From a virus (lineage: Duplodnaviria > Caudoviricetes), in IMG/VR virus record IMGVR_UViG_3300031938_000027, positions 1 through 25,869 of that record: a DNA stretch of 25,869 nt, one strand, 5' to 3'. A model generated the notes under the pieces. That model searched no databases. It was not told the DNA's origin and worked only from the letters and a program-made list of their open reading frames with translations. Below are positions 25,166 through 25,869 of the stretch, piece after piece. Numbering within the stretch: the stretch's first letter is position 1; every line of letters starts with the position of its first letter. The translations under genes were made by a program, and so were the position numbers.

Positions 25166-25869
25166 CCACCACCCCCGCCGGCGTGCCCGGCGTCGACTAC
25201 CCAGCCCCGCCGTACCCGGGGATCACCTACGTGATCCCGTGCGGGGGCGGGAAGCTCGACCATGCCGCGCCGGCCGCCGAGCTTTACACGGGGAGCATGT
25301 TCCGGCACGCCCTGGCGAACGTCGAACGGCACGCGGCGATGGATGAGGACGAGGGCCGCGGGCCGGCGCGGGTGCTGATCCTGTCGGCGCTGCACGGCCT
25401 GGTCGAGCTGGACACGGTGCTAGAGCCGTACGACCTGCGGATGGACGCGCCGGGGTCGGTGACCGCGGAGACCCTCACCGCGCAGGCGTCGGCGCTGGGC
25501 ATCGACTGGGGCAGTGCGGTGTACACGTTTCTGCCACGGGCATACCTCGCCCGACTTGATGGGGCGTTGCGGACGCTCAACGTGTACGTGCAGGACGTGT
25601 ACGAGGCGTGCGGCGGCAACGGCGAGCAGCGCCGCGTGTTGTCGATCGTCGGCACCAACGACCGGGCCGGCGTGGTCGAGCTGCCCGACGGCCCCGGCAC
25701 GCTGGTGTGGATCGGCGCGGACGTCAACGGGTTCGCGTGGGGCGTGCCGATGCTGGTCAGCTACGGCCGGCTACGGGACGCGCAGACACTGCCGATCGCG
25801 CGGGCGCCGTGGGTGCTGGACTCCCGCGGGTTCAACGAGATCCGCGAGCACGGCCGGTGGACAATCGAC
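25162..25869 (+). CDS. DUF6884-like domain fused to a TGT/DpdA-like (queuine tRNA-ribosyltransferase-like) domain; truncated at window end
   Basis: Not in ORF track; translated by hand: VIPCGGGK...APAAELYTGSMF...VLILSALHGLV..DTVLEPYDLRM, then VPMLVSYGRL...LP.ARAPWVLDSRGFNEIREHGRWT. Confidence 0.75.
   Translation, partial: MTTTPAGVPGVDYPAPPYPGITYVIPCGGGKLDHAAPAAELYTGSMFRHALANVERHAAMDEDEGRGPARVLILSALHGLVELDTVLEPYDLRMDAPGSVTAETLTAQASALGIDWGSAVYTFLPRAYLARLDGALRTLNVYVQDVYEACGGNGEQRRVLSIVGTNDRAGVVELPDGPGTLVWIGADVNGFAWGVPMLVSYGRLRDAQTLPIARAPWVLDSRGFNEIREHGRWTID

Overview
High-GC actinobacterial temperate siphovirus (prophage or circularised genome) read across what appears to be its cos junction. 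1-14639 (minus strand) is the packaging/head module: HTH protein, small conserved actinophage genes, a Fet4-like iron-permease-family membrane protein, HNH, TerS, TerL, an inserted secreted NlpC/P60 hydrolase, portal, MuF-like protein, scaffold, decoration protein, major capsid, then a papain-like peptidase and small beta-rich proteins. 14640-15150 is non-coding with a candidate 11-nt cos site. 15154-25869 (plus strand, diverging from cos) is the most interesting part: a 1407-aa modular protein with an intact beta sliding clamp (DnaN) domain, an NPPF amino-methyltransferase, a YgjP/M48-like metallohydrolase, a Mu Mom-like GNAT adenine-modifying enzyme and a truncated DUF6884 + TGT/DpdA-like fusion. 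Two modifiers carry terminal clamp-binding-like motifs (QGVLF, EPALF), several genes share shuffled domains, and a 22-bp promoter/operator motif precedes two units, suggesting a clamp-coupled, multi-chemistry DNA-modification (anti-restriction) island. Family calls come from motif recognition by eye; no searches were run.
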